Of a stretch of DNA of 32,000 nt, positions 17,831 to 27,338 are shown piece after piece. Each line of letters starts with the position of its first letter. Position 1 is the stretch's first letter. Under the pieces are notes generated by a model. It saw nothing but the letters and a program-made list of their open reading frames with translations. It was not told where the DNA came from and did no database searches. The DNA comes from Candidatus Jordarchaeales archaeon (GTDB taxonomy: Archaea; Asgardarchaeota; Jordiarchaeia; Jordiarchaeales; Freyrarchaeaceae): the NCBI GenBank assembly GCA_038889235.1, contig JAWAHN010000001.1, positions 90,001 through 122,000 on the forward strand, given 5' to 3'. A program made the translations under genes and the position numbers.

Positions 17831-18370
17831 TCAATCAGTAGGCTGGTTACCGTACTTCTCCCAGTGCAAAATTTCCTTCAAGGGTCTTCGAGGAGGAGGA
17901 TTCGGGTTCTCTGAAGGATATCCTAAGGCGATTATGGCGAAGGGTTCCAGGTTTTCAGGCAATTCGATGAGCTCTCTAACCTTATTTTTGTCGAAAACCG
18001 AGTCCCAGCAGGTTCCTAGACCGAGACTGTATGCAGCAAGCATCATGTTCTGTATAGCCACAGCCGCGTCTAAGGGAGCGAAGTAGGTTACGCCAAGCTC
18101 ACCATAACGGGACCGAGCCCTGGAAAGATTGATACACACTACAAGGGCGACTGGTGCCTCTTTCAGGTACTTCGCATATCCCGAAACATCAGCCATTATA
18201 GCCCGTTTTTCGGGATCCGTGACTACTACAACCTCAACTGGTTGGGTGTTCCCCGAGGATGGTGCCCACCTTCCAGCGTCAACCACCTTCTCGATAAGCT
18301 CACGTGCAACAGGTGTAGGAGCATACTTCCTTATGCTTCTCCTACCCTTAATAGCGCTGAAAACATCCAT
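17831..18370 (-). CDS. Nitroreductase family protein
   Basis: IKGRRSIRKY, WAPSSGNTQP and QNMMLAAYSLGLGTCW. Confidence 0.94.
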   Translation of the reverse strand: MDVFSAIKGRRSIRKYAPTPVARELIEKVVDAGRWAPSSGNTQPVEVVVVTDPEKRAIMADVSGYAKYLKEAPVALVVCINLSRARSRYGELGVTYFAPLDAAVAIQNMMLAAYSLGLGTCWDSVFDKNKVRELIELPENLEPFAIIALGYPSENPNPPPRRPLKEILHWEKYGNQPTD

Positions 18371-18433
18371 AAAGAATCCACAGAAAAAATTTTAGACGGA
18401 AAAGCAAATAAAAAGGAGAGAAGTGGTTAAAAC

Positions 18434-20128
18434 TTAGCCTCCTTTTGCTTTTTCTCTTAGCAATCTTCTTAGTATCTTCCCTGCAGCGCTCTTAGGCATC
18501 TGGTCTATGAACTCTATCATCCTCGGATACTTGTATGCTGCGAGTCTCTCCTTGCACCAGTTAATGAGTTCTTGCTCTGTAACCTTGCCCTTGTACTCTG
18601 GTTTGAGCACCACGTAGGCTTTAATGTTCTCGCCTGCTTCTGGATCTGGGACACCCACAACGGCGGCTTCTAGGATCGCTGGGTGCTGGTAGAGTATTTC
18701 TTCAACTTCCCTTGGATACACCGAGTGACCCTTGTACTTTATTATGTCCTTGACTCTGTCAATGATCCAGAAGTAGCCGTCCTCGTCCATCTTAGCTATG
18801 TCACCTGTCCTGAGCCACTTGTACCCTCCAGCCTCGAAGAACACTTTTTCTGTCTCTTCAGGCCTGTTCCAGTAACCCTTCATTACTTGAGGACCACTCA
18901 CGACTAATTCTCCTTCCTTGCCAGGAGGCAGCCACTCGAGCGTCTCCGGGTCTATGATGCCAGCGAGGGTACTCGGTATAGGTGTTCCTATGGAGCCAAT
19001 CTTTCTCTTCAGCAAGGGTGACGTTGTGTGGGTCACCGGGCTGGCCTCAGAGAGACCATAACCCTCAACTATTGGTACTCCGACAACTTCATCCCACTTC
19101 TTGACCACCTCAACTGGAATGGAAGTAGCACCATTGTTGACGTAAACCAGGCAGGACATGTCAACCTCCTTGATTTTTGGATGGTTCAAGAGCGCCACGA
19201 AAATCGGTGTGACACCGAAGAAGTAGTTCGGCCTATACTTCTGTATAGCATCTAGTATCTCGCCTGGGTCAAATCTTGGGAACACTATTCCCATGCTGCC
19301 AAAAGCCATACCCATTATCAAGTCCACTGTCTGGCCGTAAATGTGGTACCATGGAAGAATACTTATGCCGATGACTCTTTCTATCTTGAACTTCTTCTTC
19401 ACCCCATCGTTGTAGGGCTGGCACTGGTAGACGTTCGCCACGATGTTTCTGTGCGTTAACATAGCAGCCTTCGGCAACCCGGTTGTTCCTCCAGTATACT
19501 GGAGGACCGCTAAGTCCTCCTGGGTTATTCCCGGGTTTAACTCCTCCCAGGACTTGGGCTCTGTTTCCGCAATCAACTTTGACATGTCGTGAACGTCTTC
19601 TCCGTCTTGTATCTGCGGTTTCTGGCCGAGTATGTTGAAAGCTATTACTCTTTCAACTTCTGTTTCTTCCTTAACCGCCTTGAAGTGCGGGTAGAACATG
19701 TCCATTACAACTAGCGTCTTACTCTTACTGTCCTTGAGCTGGTATCCAACCTCTCTAGCTACGAAGAGTGGGCTGAGCGCCGTGACAACAGCTCCTATAC
19801 TGTGGGCGGCGAAGTAGGCTATGGCGAACTGTGGGCAGTTTGGCGCGTGTATGGCTAATGTTTCACCTTTCTCTACTCCAAGCTTCTTGAGCGCTGTCGC
19901 AAAGCGCCTTATCAGGTTATCCATTTGGGTGTATGTGAATTCTCGCCCATAGAAGACCATGGAAACCATGTCACCATACTTCTTGGCTGCAGAAGCCGCT
20001 ATTGACGCTATTGTTTCGTTCTCAGGTATCTCTACTTCTGCGGGTAGTTCAGGCGGGTACGACTTAAGCCATATCCTTTTCTTGATATAGTCCGGTAGCT
20101 CCCCACTGACTTTAGTTATCTTACTCAT
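18434..20128 (-). CDS. fadD: Long-chain fatty acid-CoA ligase (FadD-like acyl-CoA synthetase)
   Basis: AMP-binding YTGGTTGLPKAAMLTH, EGYGLSEASP, LRTGD, DRVKD, YPREVEE and PKSAAGKILRR. Confidence 0.9.
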   Translation of the reverse strand: MSKITKVSGELPDYIKKRIWLKSYPPELPAEVEIPENETIASIAASAAKKYGDMVSMVFYGREFTYTQMDNLIRRFATALKKLGVEKGETLAIHAPNCPQFAIAYFAAHSIGAVVTALSPLFVAREVGYQLKDSKSKTLVVMDMFYPHFKAVKEETEVERVIAFNILGQKPQIQDGEDVHDMSKLIAETEPKSWEELNPGITQEDLAVLQYTGGTTGLPKAAMLTHRNIVANVYQCQPYNDGVKKKFKIERVIGISILPWYHIYGQTVDLIMGMAFGSMGIVFPRFDPGEILDAIQKYRPNYFFGVTPIFVALLNHPKIKEVDMSCLVYVNNGATSIPVEVVKKWDEVVGVPIVEGYGLSEASPVTHTTSPLLKRKIGSIGTPIPSTLAGIIDPETLEWLPPGKEGELVVSGPQVMKGYWNRPEETEKVFFEAGGYKWLRTGDIAKMDEDGYFWIIDRVKDIIKYKGHSVYPREVEEILYQHPAILEAAVVGVPDPEAGENIKAYVVLKPEYKGKVTEQELINWCKERLAAYKYPRMIEFIDQMPKSAAGKILRRLLREKAKGG

Positions 20129-20281
20129 TTAATCCCTCTCCCTCCATCCCTCTTCTAGAAGAAGAAAAACTTTACTTTTTTAAAAATTTTTCCCTAACTC
20201 TCTGCAAGAAACTCCCAGGGTAAGAGTAAAGTTGATATAGGTTTTAATCTGTTTTTATGATGACTTCCGGCTGGTCAGTGG

Positions 20282-21427
20282 GTGGGGTTTCTTTTGGAAG
20301 ACGATTTTGCAAAGTTGCGAGAGGGGTTGAGGGGGTTCTTAAGCTGCTTCGTTGAATACGTTGGACATGTCATCTATACTATAAGGTCGTCAGGGCTAGG
20401 TAGTCTCTGGAGTTTCAGGGAGGACCTACCTTCCTTTTACTCGGAGATGAGTTCTCTGTTTAGAAAGTTGACTGATTTTGCCGAGTCATATATTAGAACC
20501 GTAGGTAAATTCCTGGTGCTTTTCTACGAGTTGTCTCAAGTTATCGGCGTGAGTGACGTGCAGGAACTGTTTTCAAAAAAATCGTATAGTGTAAACGTGG
20601 ACTGTGATTTTTTGAAGTACCATGTGAAGTACACAGTCGATCTTCTTTTGCCTCCAGTAGACGAGCATTTTCTCAACACCATGAAGAAAATAAGTGTCCT
20701 TGCGAGGGCGCAGCGCCTATTAAAGTCAGAGACTGTGAAGAAGTTTAAGGAGGAAATATATCTCCAGGCAGCTGAGTGGCTGAAAATTAGGAAAGTTCTC
20801 TATGATCTATACGTAAAGGCCCTAGATGGAAAATTGACAATAGACGACTATATGAGAACGCTTCAGCAAATAAGGAGTGCGGCAAAAGAGGCGTCTATTC
20901 GTCTTTCGCTGATAAGTGGTTTGAACGCTGGGAAGTATCTTTTGATGGACCCCGAGAGTATCATAGAGGAGTTTGCTGTGTTTGCTGACGACGTGACTAA
21001 ATTCTTCGAGAACGAGCAGAGGTTTTACTTTGCGCTCCTCAACGTTCTAAACTACGTGGTGAGGGCGCTTTGGGGCCGCGAAAAAGGGGGAACGTTCACG
21101 AAAATTGTTAGGGGGGAAGCCGACGTTGAGGCTTTAATACCTGAAACGTTGCGGGTAGACGAAATCGGCTTTGCAGCCGGCATGGCGAAACTAGAACTGG
21201 AGCAAGTGTGGGACTCTTTGTATGAGTCAAAGCAACTTGCTCAGAGCCTCCTATTAGTGGCGGAAGTGCTGAGAAGTGAAGAGCTTAAGAAGATTTACGG
21301 ATACTATGTGAATGCAATCTCAGTAAGAGAAAGATATTGGGATCTATTATGGAAGCACCTTACACGTCTCCAGGAATTGGTGGGACACCTCTCGATAAAC
21401 ACTGGCTCCGTTAAATCTATAATATGA
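20282..21427 (+). CDS. Hypothetical, predominantly alpha-helical protein (381 aa)
   Basis: Long ORF with amphipathic helical composition. No family recognised. Confidence 0.75.
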   Translation: MGFLLEDDFAKLREGLRGFLSCFVEYVGHVIYTIRSSGLGSLWSFREDLPSFYSEMSSLFRKLTDFAESYIRTVGKFLVLFYELSQVIGVSDVQELFSKKSYSVNVDCDFLKYHVKYTVDLLLPPVDEHFLNTMKKISVLARAQRLLKSETVKKFKEEIYLQAAEWLKIRKVLYDLYVKALDGKLTIDDYMRTLQQIRSAAKEASIRLSLISGLNAGKYLLMDPESIIEEFAVFADDVTKFFENEQRFYFALLNVLNYVVRALWGREKGGTFTKIVRGEADVEALIPETLRVDEIGFAAGMAKLELEQVWDSLYESKQLAQSLLLVAEVLRSEELKKIYGYYVNAISVRERYWDLLWKHLTRLQELVGHLSINTGSVKSII

Positions 21428-21605
21428 GTTGACTTACCCTTTTTTAGGGGTTCAATGTGAAGGTTCTGGATTTCTTAGGATGGTTAAAAAGCTTGGCGTG
21501 TAGACTGGTGGGGTGCAAATGTTGTGGGGAAAGGTTTTTGAGTTGCGTGAAGCCTAAATTTGCCAAGTGCTAGTGACTCTAAACTTTTTCTTGGAGGCTT
21601 CGCGT

Positions 21606-22505
21606 ATGGGTAGTAGGCGTGATAACAGAATGTTTGCTGCGTCGATGATCCTGCTTGTTGGGGAGATTATAGTGCTTATAACCTCACTCGTTGTACCATG
21701 GAAGGTTAACGTCATCCCCTATATAGGCGGCGTTATCTTTCAGCAGATTAAAGGCATCTCTACTGATGTCTTCTTCTATGGGGTCACGCCGCCAGACCCC
21801 TTGTGGATTATTGCCGTTTATGGAAGCGTATGGACCCCTCTCACCTGGCCTCTCGTGCCGCTCTGCATAGGAGCTAAAGTAATCTTTCTGAGTAGGGCGA
21901 AGTTCAATGAATGCGTGGCCGCCGACTTTGCCTGCCTCATATACCTACTGGAGCGCTATGTGAGCTTCCAGTACTATTCCAGCCTCCCCCAGATTACGAG
22001 TTCCCTTGTTCATGGAATTTTCCCACACGGTGGCGTTGGAGTTTACAGCTTCCTGCTAGGTCTCCTGCTTGGACTCTTCAGTACAAACTATTTCTTCTCC
22101 TCCATCCTGAACCCAGCGATAGTAGAAGTGCTAAACAGGGTGAGAAGTAAAGGTGAAGCTTCACTGGAGGAGCTGGCCTCAGAGATGAGGATCCCCAAAA
22201 AGCTGCTTTACGAGCTGCTTTCGAGGACAGCCGTGCAAGGTGTCTTAACCATCGTAGTCACAACAGAGAAAGTGTATCCTATAAATTCTGATGAAGGTAG
22301 GAAAGTGATAGTATCGTTTTTCTCTAAAGCCCTTTTGGCAAAGGGAAAAGTGAACATGAACCGGATGAAGAAGCTCATGAAGGAGAACGACATATGGTTT
22401 AAGGCGAGTAAGAAAGTGGTGCAGGAAATTCTTCAGGAAGCGATAGAGAGGGGGGAGATAAAAGCTGTGGTAGATGGAGCCTGGATTAAGAGTGCGAGTA
22501 GCTAG
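21606..22505 (+). CDS. Membrane protein with C-terminal tandem winged-helix (PCI-like) domains; start re-called to ATG 21606
   Basis: GGAGG upstream of ATG 21606. About four hydrophobic segments, then GEASLEELASEMRIPKKLLYELL and KKVVQEILQEAIERGEIKAVVDG. Confidence 0.7.
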   Translation: MGSRRDNRMFAASMILLVGEIIVLITSLVVPWKVNVIPYIGGVIFQQIKGISTDVFFYGVTPPDPLWIIAVYGSVWTPLTWPLVPLCIGAKVIFLSRAKFNECVAADFACLIYLLERYVSFQYYSSLPQITSSLVHGIFPHGGVGVYSFLLGLLLGLFSTNYFFSSILNPAIVEVLNRVRSKGEASLEELASEMRIPKKLLYELLSRTAVQGVLTIVVTTEKVYPINSDEGRKVIVSFFSKALLAKGKVNMNRMKKLMKENDIWFKASKKVVQEILQEAIERGEIKAVVDGAWIKSASS

Positions 22506-22713
22506 CGAAATCCCAACCTCCAGTCCTTCTTGCTTCGATGACGACCTTTCTCGTGGTGGGCTCCGGGATAGATGGGAAGTTATCACCTGAAAATGTAATG
22601 ATTAGGTTTTCGTTGTAAGCACGTTGGCGGTATAAGCTTCGTTTTTAATGCAAAAGTCTTAAATCCTCCTTTTGTTTTAGGCGGTAAGTAAGAATTTGTA
22701 GGGGACTTCATTT

Positions 22714-24231
22714 ATGTTCGCTGAGAAGCTAGGCATAGATTACGAGCGTAAGTTTAACGAGTTTTTATCATTCGACGACGTCTCGCTCCTGCCTTCTGAG
22801 AGCAATGTAGAACCCTACGAAGTTGACCTTTCAACGTGGCTGACGCCTGAACATATGCTGGCTGTCCCAATACTCTCAGCACCCATGGACAGAGTAACCG
22901 AGGCTGAAATGTGTATAGCACTAGCTAGGGAGGGGGGGCTAGGCGTCCTACACAGAAATTGCCCTATAGAGAAAGAAGTTGAAATGGTTAAAAGGGTTAA
23001 GAGAGAGGAAATTTCGGGGATAATCCGCGACCCTATTACAACCACCCCTGACACTCTGATATCGACGGTCATTAAAATAATGCAGGAGAAGAGGGTTTCA
23101 GGGCTCCCGGTGATCGACAGGTCGGGTGAACTGGTCGGGATAATAACGAGGAGAGACGTGCTAGCAGCCAAGCCAGATGCACTCGTAAAGGACGAAATGA
23201 CGCCGAAAGAGAAACTAATAACTTGTCTTGAGAGCGAGATTCTAGTGAATGGCAAGCTGATGACCGACAAGGTGAAGAAGATACTGCACTCGAACAGGAT
23301 AGAGAAGCTTCTGGTGGTTAACTCAGAGGGACGCTTAACCGGGCTGGTTACGCTCAAAGACATACTGAGACTTGAAGAAAACCCGCATGTTTCGAGGGAT
23401 TCTGAGGGGCGTCTTCTAGTTGGAGCAGCTATAAGTCCGTTTGACAGGAAGAGGGCGCTCGCCTTAGACGCTGCTGGCGTGGACATACTCGTGGTGGATG
23501 TGGCACACGGCTTAAACCTAAATGCGCTTTCGTCCATGGAGAAGATATCGAAGGAGGTCAACGCGTGGATAATCTATGGAAATATAGCCACGAAGGAGGC
23601 TGCGGAAGAGGTAATAACAAGCGATATAGAGAACCTTGCCGGACTCAGAGTTGGACTTGGAGGCGGAAGTATATGCCTAACTACGCACGTCACAGGGGTC
23701 GGGGTGCCTACATTGACGGCTACAGCCCTCGTCGCCGACGCTGTGCATGAGTACAACGCGAAGCTCAGCGTTATAGCCGATGGTGGGATAAGGAATAGCG
23801 GAGACATAGTGAAAGCGCTGGGTGCTGGTGCGAACGCCGTGATGTGCGGCTATCTCTTCGCCGGGACCGATGAAGCTCCGAGCGAGAAGGTTTACATTAG
23901 AGGGGTTCCCATGAAGAGGTACAGGGGGATGGCGTCCCCTTCAGCGATCAGAGACAGGTATGCCAGTGACAGGTATGCTAGGAAGGTTAAGGAGGTGCCA
24001 GAGGGGATTGAGGGGGTTGTGCCTTACAGAGGATCCGTGAAGACCGTTGTAAAAGACCTCGTAGCAGCCATACAAGCAGGGTTCGGCTACGTGGGGGCGA
24101 GGAACATAGAGGAACTGTGGAAGAAAGCCGCCTTCAGCAAGAGGACGCTGGTCGGCTTGCGTGAAGCACTTCCACACGACGTAATCCCAGAAACACCATT
24201 CCCCGAGAAGTACGAAAACCCCTGGCTCTAG
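22714..24231 (+). CDS. guaB: IMP dehydrogenase with CBS pair
   Basis: FDDVSLLP, SAPMDRVTE, GGLGVLHRN, two CBS domains, VDVAHG, catalytic GSICLT, IADGGIR, YRGMAS, flap SDRY and VPEGIEG. Confidence 0.95.
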   Translation: MFAEKLGIDYERKFNEFLSFDDVSLLPSESNVEPYEVDLSTWLTPEHMLAVPILSAPMDRVTEAEMCIALAREGGLGVLHRNCPIEKEVEMVKRVKREEISGIIRDPITTTPDTLISTVIKIMQEKRVSGLPVIDRSGELVGIITRRDVLAAKPDALVKDEMTPKEKLITCLESEILVNGKLMTDKVKKILHSNRIEKLLVVNSEGRLTGLVTLKDILRLEENPHVSRDSEGRLLVGAAISPFDRKRALALDAAGVDILVVDVAHGLNLNALSSMEKISKEVNAWIIYGNIATKEAAEEVITSDIENLAGLRVGLGGGSICLTTHVTGVGVPTLTATALVADAVHEYNAKLSVIADGGIRNSGDIVKALGAGANAVMCGYLFAGTDEAPSEKVYIRGVPMKRYRGMASPSAIRDRYASDRYARKVKEVPEGIEGVVPYRGSVKTVVKDLVAAIQAGFGYVGARNIEELWKKAAFSKRTLVGLREALPHDVIPETPFPEKYENPWL

Positions 24232-24249
24232 CACGATGGTGAAAGCCGC

Positions 24250-25104
24250 GTGGAGTTCCAGAATATACTGGAAAAAGTTTTACCACCAGAGTTGCTGCCG
24301 CACGCTCCGAAGAGGTTTGAAATAGTAGGAGACATACTGGTTTTAAGACTCAAAGAAGACATACTCCCCTATGCCTCAAAAATAGGGGAAGCAATACTAA
24401 AGGAGAACCCCTCGGTTAAGGTGGTGGCGGTTAGAGTTGGCCTGACGTCAGGTGAGGAGAGGGTTGCACCCATAATCGTGGTCGCAGGCGAGCGCAGGAC
24501 TGAGACTATTCACAGGGAGTACGGGTGCCTCTTCAAAGTCGACCTCTCTAAGGTTTATTTCACCACTAAGTTGTCGTTTGAACATCAGAGGGTTGCATCG
24601 CAAGTGAAGGATGGCGAGACTGTTTTGAACATGTTTTCGGGCGTCGGCGGCTTCTCCATACCCATAGCGAGGAGGGTGAGCTGCAGAGTTTACTCCGTCG
24701 ACGTTAACCCGTACGCCATAATGTACCTCGAGGAGAACATAAAGCTTAACAAGGTTGAGGGGAGAGTTATACCCGTCCTAGGTGACGCCGCCACTTTTAC
24801 CCCTCCTGTCCCCGTAGATAGGGTTCTAATGCCGCTCCCATTGAAGGCCTACAACTACCTTGAGCACGCCGTAAGAACCATTAAAAATGGCGGCATAATA
24901 CACTACTACGATGTAGTGGTGGAGAAAAGTGGGAACCCACTTGAAGAGTTGAAGCACAAGGTTACACGCAGGCTTAAAGAGCTTGGAGTTGAGGGTGAAG
25001 TGGTTTATTGCAGGAAAATGAGAAGTATAGCCCCCAGAAAAAGCCTCGCGGTTCTTGACGTTAAGGTGAGCTTTTCCTCCTTGAGGGGATGCAGGATTGG
25101 ATAA
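24250..25104 (+). CDS. trm5: Trm5/Taw2-family SAM-dependent tRNA methyltransferase (G37 modification)
   Basis: FEIVGDI, RTETIHREYGCLFKVDLSKVYF, NMFSGVGGF, DVNPYA and DRVLMPLP. It lacks the Trm5 D1 domain, so the exact subfamily is uncertain. Confidence 0.85.
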   Translation: MEFQNILEKVLPPELLPHAPKRFEIVGDILVLRLKEDILPYASKIGEAILKENPSVKVVAVRVGLTSGEERVAPIIVVAGERRTETIHREYGCLFKVDLSKVYFTTKLSFEHQRVASQVKDGETVLNMFSGVGGFSIPIARRVSCRVYSVDVNPYAIMYLEENIKLNKVEGRVIPVLGDAATFTPPVPVDRVLMPLPLKAYNYLEHAVRTIKNGGIIHYYDVVVEKSGNPLEELKHKVTRRLKELGVEGEVVYCRKMRSIAPRKSLAVLDVKVSFSSLRGCRIG

Positions 25105-26755
25105 AGAAATACAGGAATTATACTCCCTCCTGAAAGTAGGAGAGGGACCGAACATCGAATTCAAAAGGAGACTTACCGAGGAAGACTTGAGCGAGGATAA
25201 AAAGCAGAAGATTTTGGCAAGGTTAAGGTTGTTGACGAGTGAGGGTGAGGGCGTCCTAGTAGTTGGCGTCAGCGACATAAGGGGGGAGAAGTGGGAGGTT
25301 TACGGGTTAAAGGACAGAGAGGTTAAGAGCAGTGATAGAGTTGTGTGGAGGCTGTGCAGAGAAGCAGGTGTCAAGGTTAAAGAGAGGAAAGTTTACCGGA
25401 CAGAGAAGGGGCTGGTAGTGAAGTACGTACTAGAAAGGGAGGAGGTGTGCGTCGGCGAGCACATATCTCTCAGCTTCGCCGGCAGAGTTAACGCTGGAAA
25501 AAGCACGCTTATAGGAGTGCTCATTGGAGGAAAGCTCGACGACGGCAAAGGAGGGGCGAGAGCTTACCTGCTCAAACACCCCCAAGAGTTGAGGAAGGGA
25601 CAGACCACCGACGTACACTACGCTTTCATAGGGTTCGATAGAAGGGGCGAAATCATAGAGTGCAACGACCCCCTTAGCAAAGAGGGGAGTGCCATGATTC
25701 TGGACAGAGCGAAAAGGATCGTAACTCTCGTGGACGCACCCGGACATGCCGAGTACCTTAAAAGCATGATAAGATCCATTCTGGGCGCGGACTCACAGTA
25801 CGGCGTCATACTTATACCCGCAAGGGACGAATACGAGCTAATAGTGGCGGAGGAAAGCAGAAGAGGGGTTGCTAAGCTCGACGACATAACGCGTGAACAC
25901 ATGCTCTTAATGGCGAGCAACGAGACACCCTTCATCATCATTATATCAAAAGTAGACTCAGCGAAACCCGAAGAGCTCGAGAAGGTTAGGAGCGTGGTCA
26001 GGAGGACTATAAAGGATATAGGACGCGTTCCATTCTGGGTGAGGGAGAAAGAAGACGTTGAAGTTGTGAAAAGGGAGATCGTTCACAGAGTGCTTGTTCC
26101 GGTAGTTGAAGTTAGCTGCACCACAGGTGAAGGGTTAGACGTCTTCAAGAGGATGCTCTCCTCTCTTCCTGTGATGGTGTCCGACGAGTTAGCCTACAAG
26201 CCTGCGCTCGCTTACATAGATAAAGTGTACAAGGGAATTAAGGGAACCAACGTGGTGGTCACAGGCACAGTTAAGCAGGGGGTCTTCAAGCCCGAGCAGA
26301 ACGTCAAAGTCGGACCGGACGGGGCCGGAGAGTTTCGTAGAGGTTGGATATCCTCCATAGAGGTGTTCCGTGAACGCGTCTCTCGAGTCAAACCCGGGGA
26401 GATGTTCGGCTTTAACATTAAAAAAGTAGACCCTAACATAGTTAGAAGGGGACAAGTAGTAGCTGACGTCGACATGGAGCTGAGCGCGTGCAGAGAGTTC
26501 TGGGCCAAAATAGTTGTCACTCGGCATCCAACTAGGATAACTCCAGGGTACTCCCCGGTCCTCCACTGCAATACGATAAGTCAAACAGTAGTCTTTGAGG
26601 AGATAAAGGGCAAGGACTACCTTGTAGTCGGAGACTATGCCGAAGTCAGGTTGCGGCTGAAGTATCACCCAGAGTACATAGTTGCAGGGGACAGAATAGT
26701 GACGCGCGAAGGAAGCACGAGAACTATAGGAAGGGTGACAGAAATAGTTGAGTAA
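25097..26755 (+). CDS. GTPBP1/2-family translational GTPase with N-terminal AlbA_2/Schlafen-like domain
   Basis: G1 GRVNAGKS, G2 RKGQTT, G3 DAPGH, G4 SKVD and G5 VSC, followed by EF-Tu-like domains II and III. N-terminal EGPNIEFK...VLVVGVSD. Confidence 0.88.
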   Translation: MDKEIQELYSLLKVGEGPNIEFKRRLTEEDLSEDKKQKILARLRLLTSEGEGVLVVGVSDIRGEKWEVYGLKDREVKSSDRVVWRLCREAGVKVKERKVYRTEKGLVVKYVLEREEVCVGEHISLSFAGRVNAGKSTLIGVLIGGKLDDGKGGARAYLLKHPQELRKGQTTDVHYAFIGFDRRGEIIECNDPLSKEGSAMILDRAKRIVTLVDAPGHAEYLKSMIRSILGADSQYGVILIPARDEYELIVAEESRRGVAKLDDITREHMLLMASNETPFIIIISKVDSAKPEELEKVRSVVRRTIKDIGRVPFWVREKEDVEVVKREIVHRVLVPVVEVSCTTGEGLDVFKRMLSSLPVMVSDELAYKPALAYIDKVYKGIKGTNVVVTGTVKQGVFKPEQNVKVGPDGAGEFRRGWISSIEVFRERVSRVKPGEMFGFNIKKVDPNIVRRGQVVADVDMELSACREFWAKIVVTRHPTRITPGYSPVLHCNTISQTVVFEEIKGKDYLVVGDYAEVRLRLKYHPEYIVAGDRIVTREGSTRTIGRVTEIVE

Positions 26756-27338
26756 ACTCGCACTAAAATGCCCCCTTCAGTCCTTCAAGTAATAGGCGAC
26801 GAGTCGAGACACCGTACAATGGGAAGTTAAAGCCAAAGGGAACCTTTGCTGAAGACCCCCTGAAACAAGCCGGAAACTACAGCGCTCGAAACGCAGAATA
26901 CCTTGTCTGTTTTAAGGCTTTGTAGTGGTCTAGGCGATTCAAGAATGTCTGGGAAAAAAACCTTGACAATGGAGGAGGCCGAAGCCGTTTTATCGCCAAG
27001 CACGAGGTGTTGAAAAGATTCTTCAGCTGGCTTCTGCACACTGCAACAATTTAAACGTACTATTTTGCACCTCGCTGGAGGAATAAATCAATTAATTGAG
27101 ATACAGGGGTAAGGTAAACATCTAGGAGCGGCTTTGTGCCCGATCGGTTTAGTGTTTTTAAAGTTTTTAAAAACTGAAACACGTTGATGTTTGTAGAATT
27201 ATAAAATTATCATATTTATTTGTTGTTTTTTACACGATTATCTAGAACTATGTTTTTGTCGCAAACTTAATATCCTTTGGTTAACTGCTAGGAATCTAGC
27301 GACAGCAAGAGGGGAGCTTGCAGCATAAGTGAGCGGAG

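Noticed and set aside
23650-23700. GuaB catalytic loop GSICLTT differs from bacterial GSICTTR, raising the possibility of a GMP reductase or altered enzyme
   Set aside because: The catalytic Cys and the Thr two residues later are retained, as in eukaryotic ICITQ, and the IMPDH flap Arg-Tyr (SDRY) is present, so an ordinary IMPDH is most likely.
26945-27060. Programmed frameshift at GGGAAAAAAAC joining short ORFs
   Set aside because: No in-frame X-XXY-YYZ heptamer; the -1 frame hits TGA immediately.
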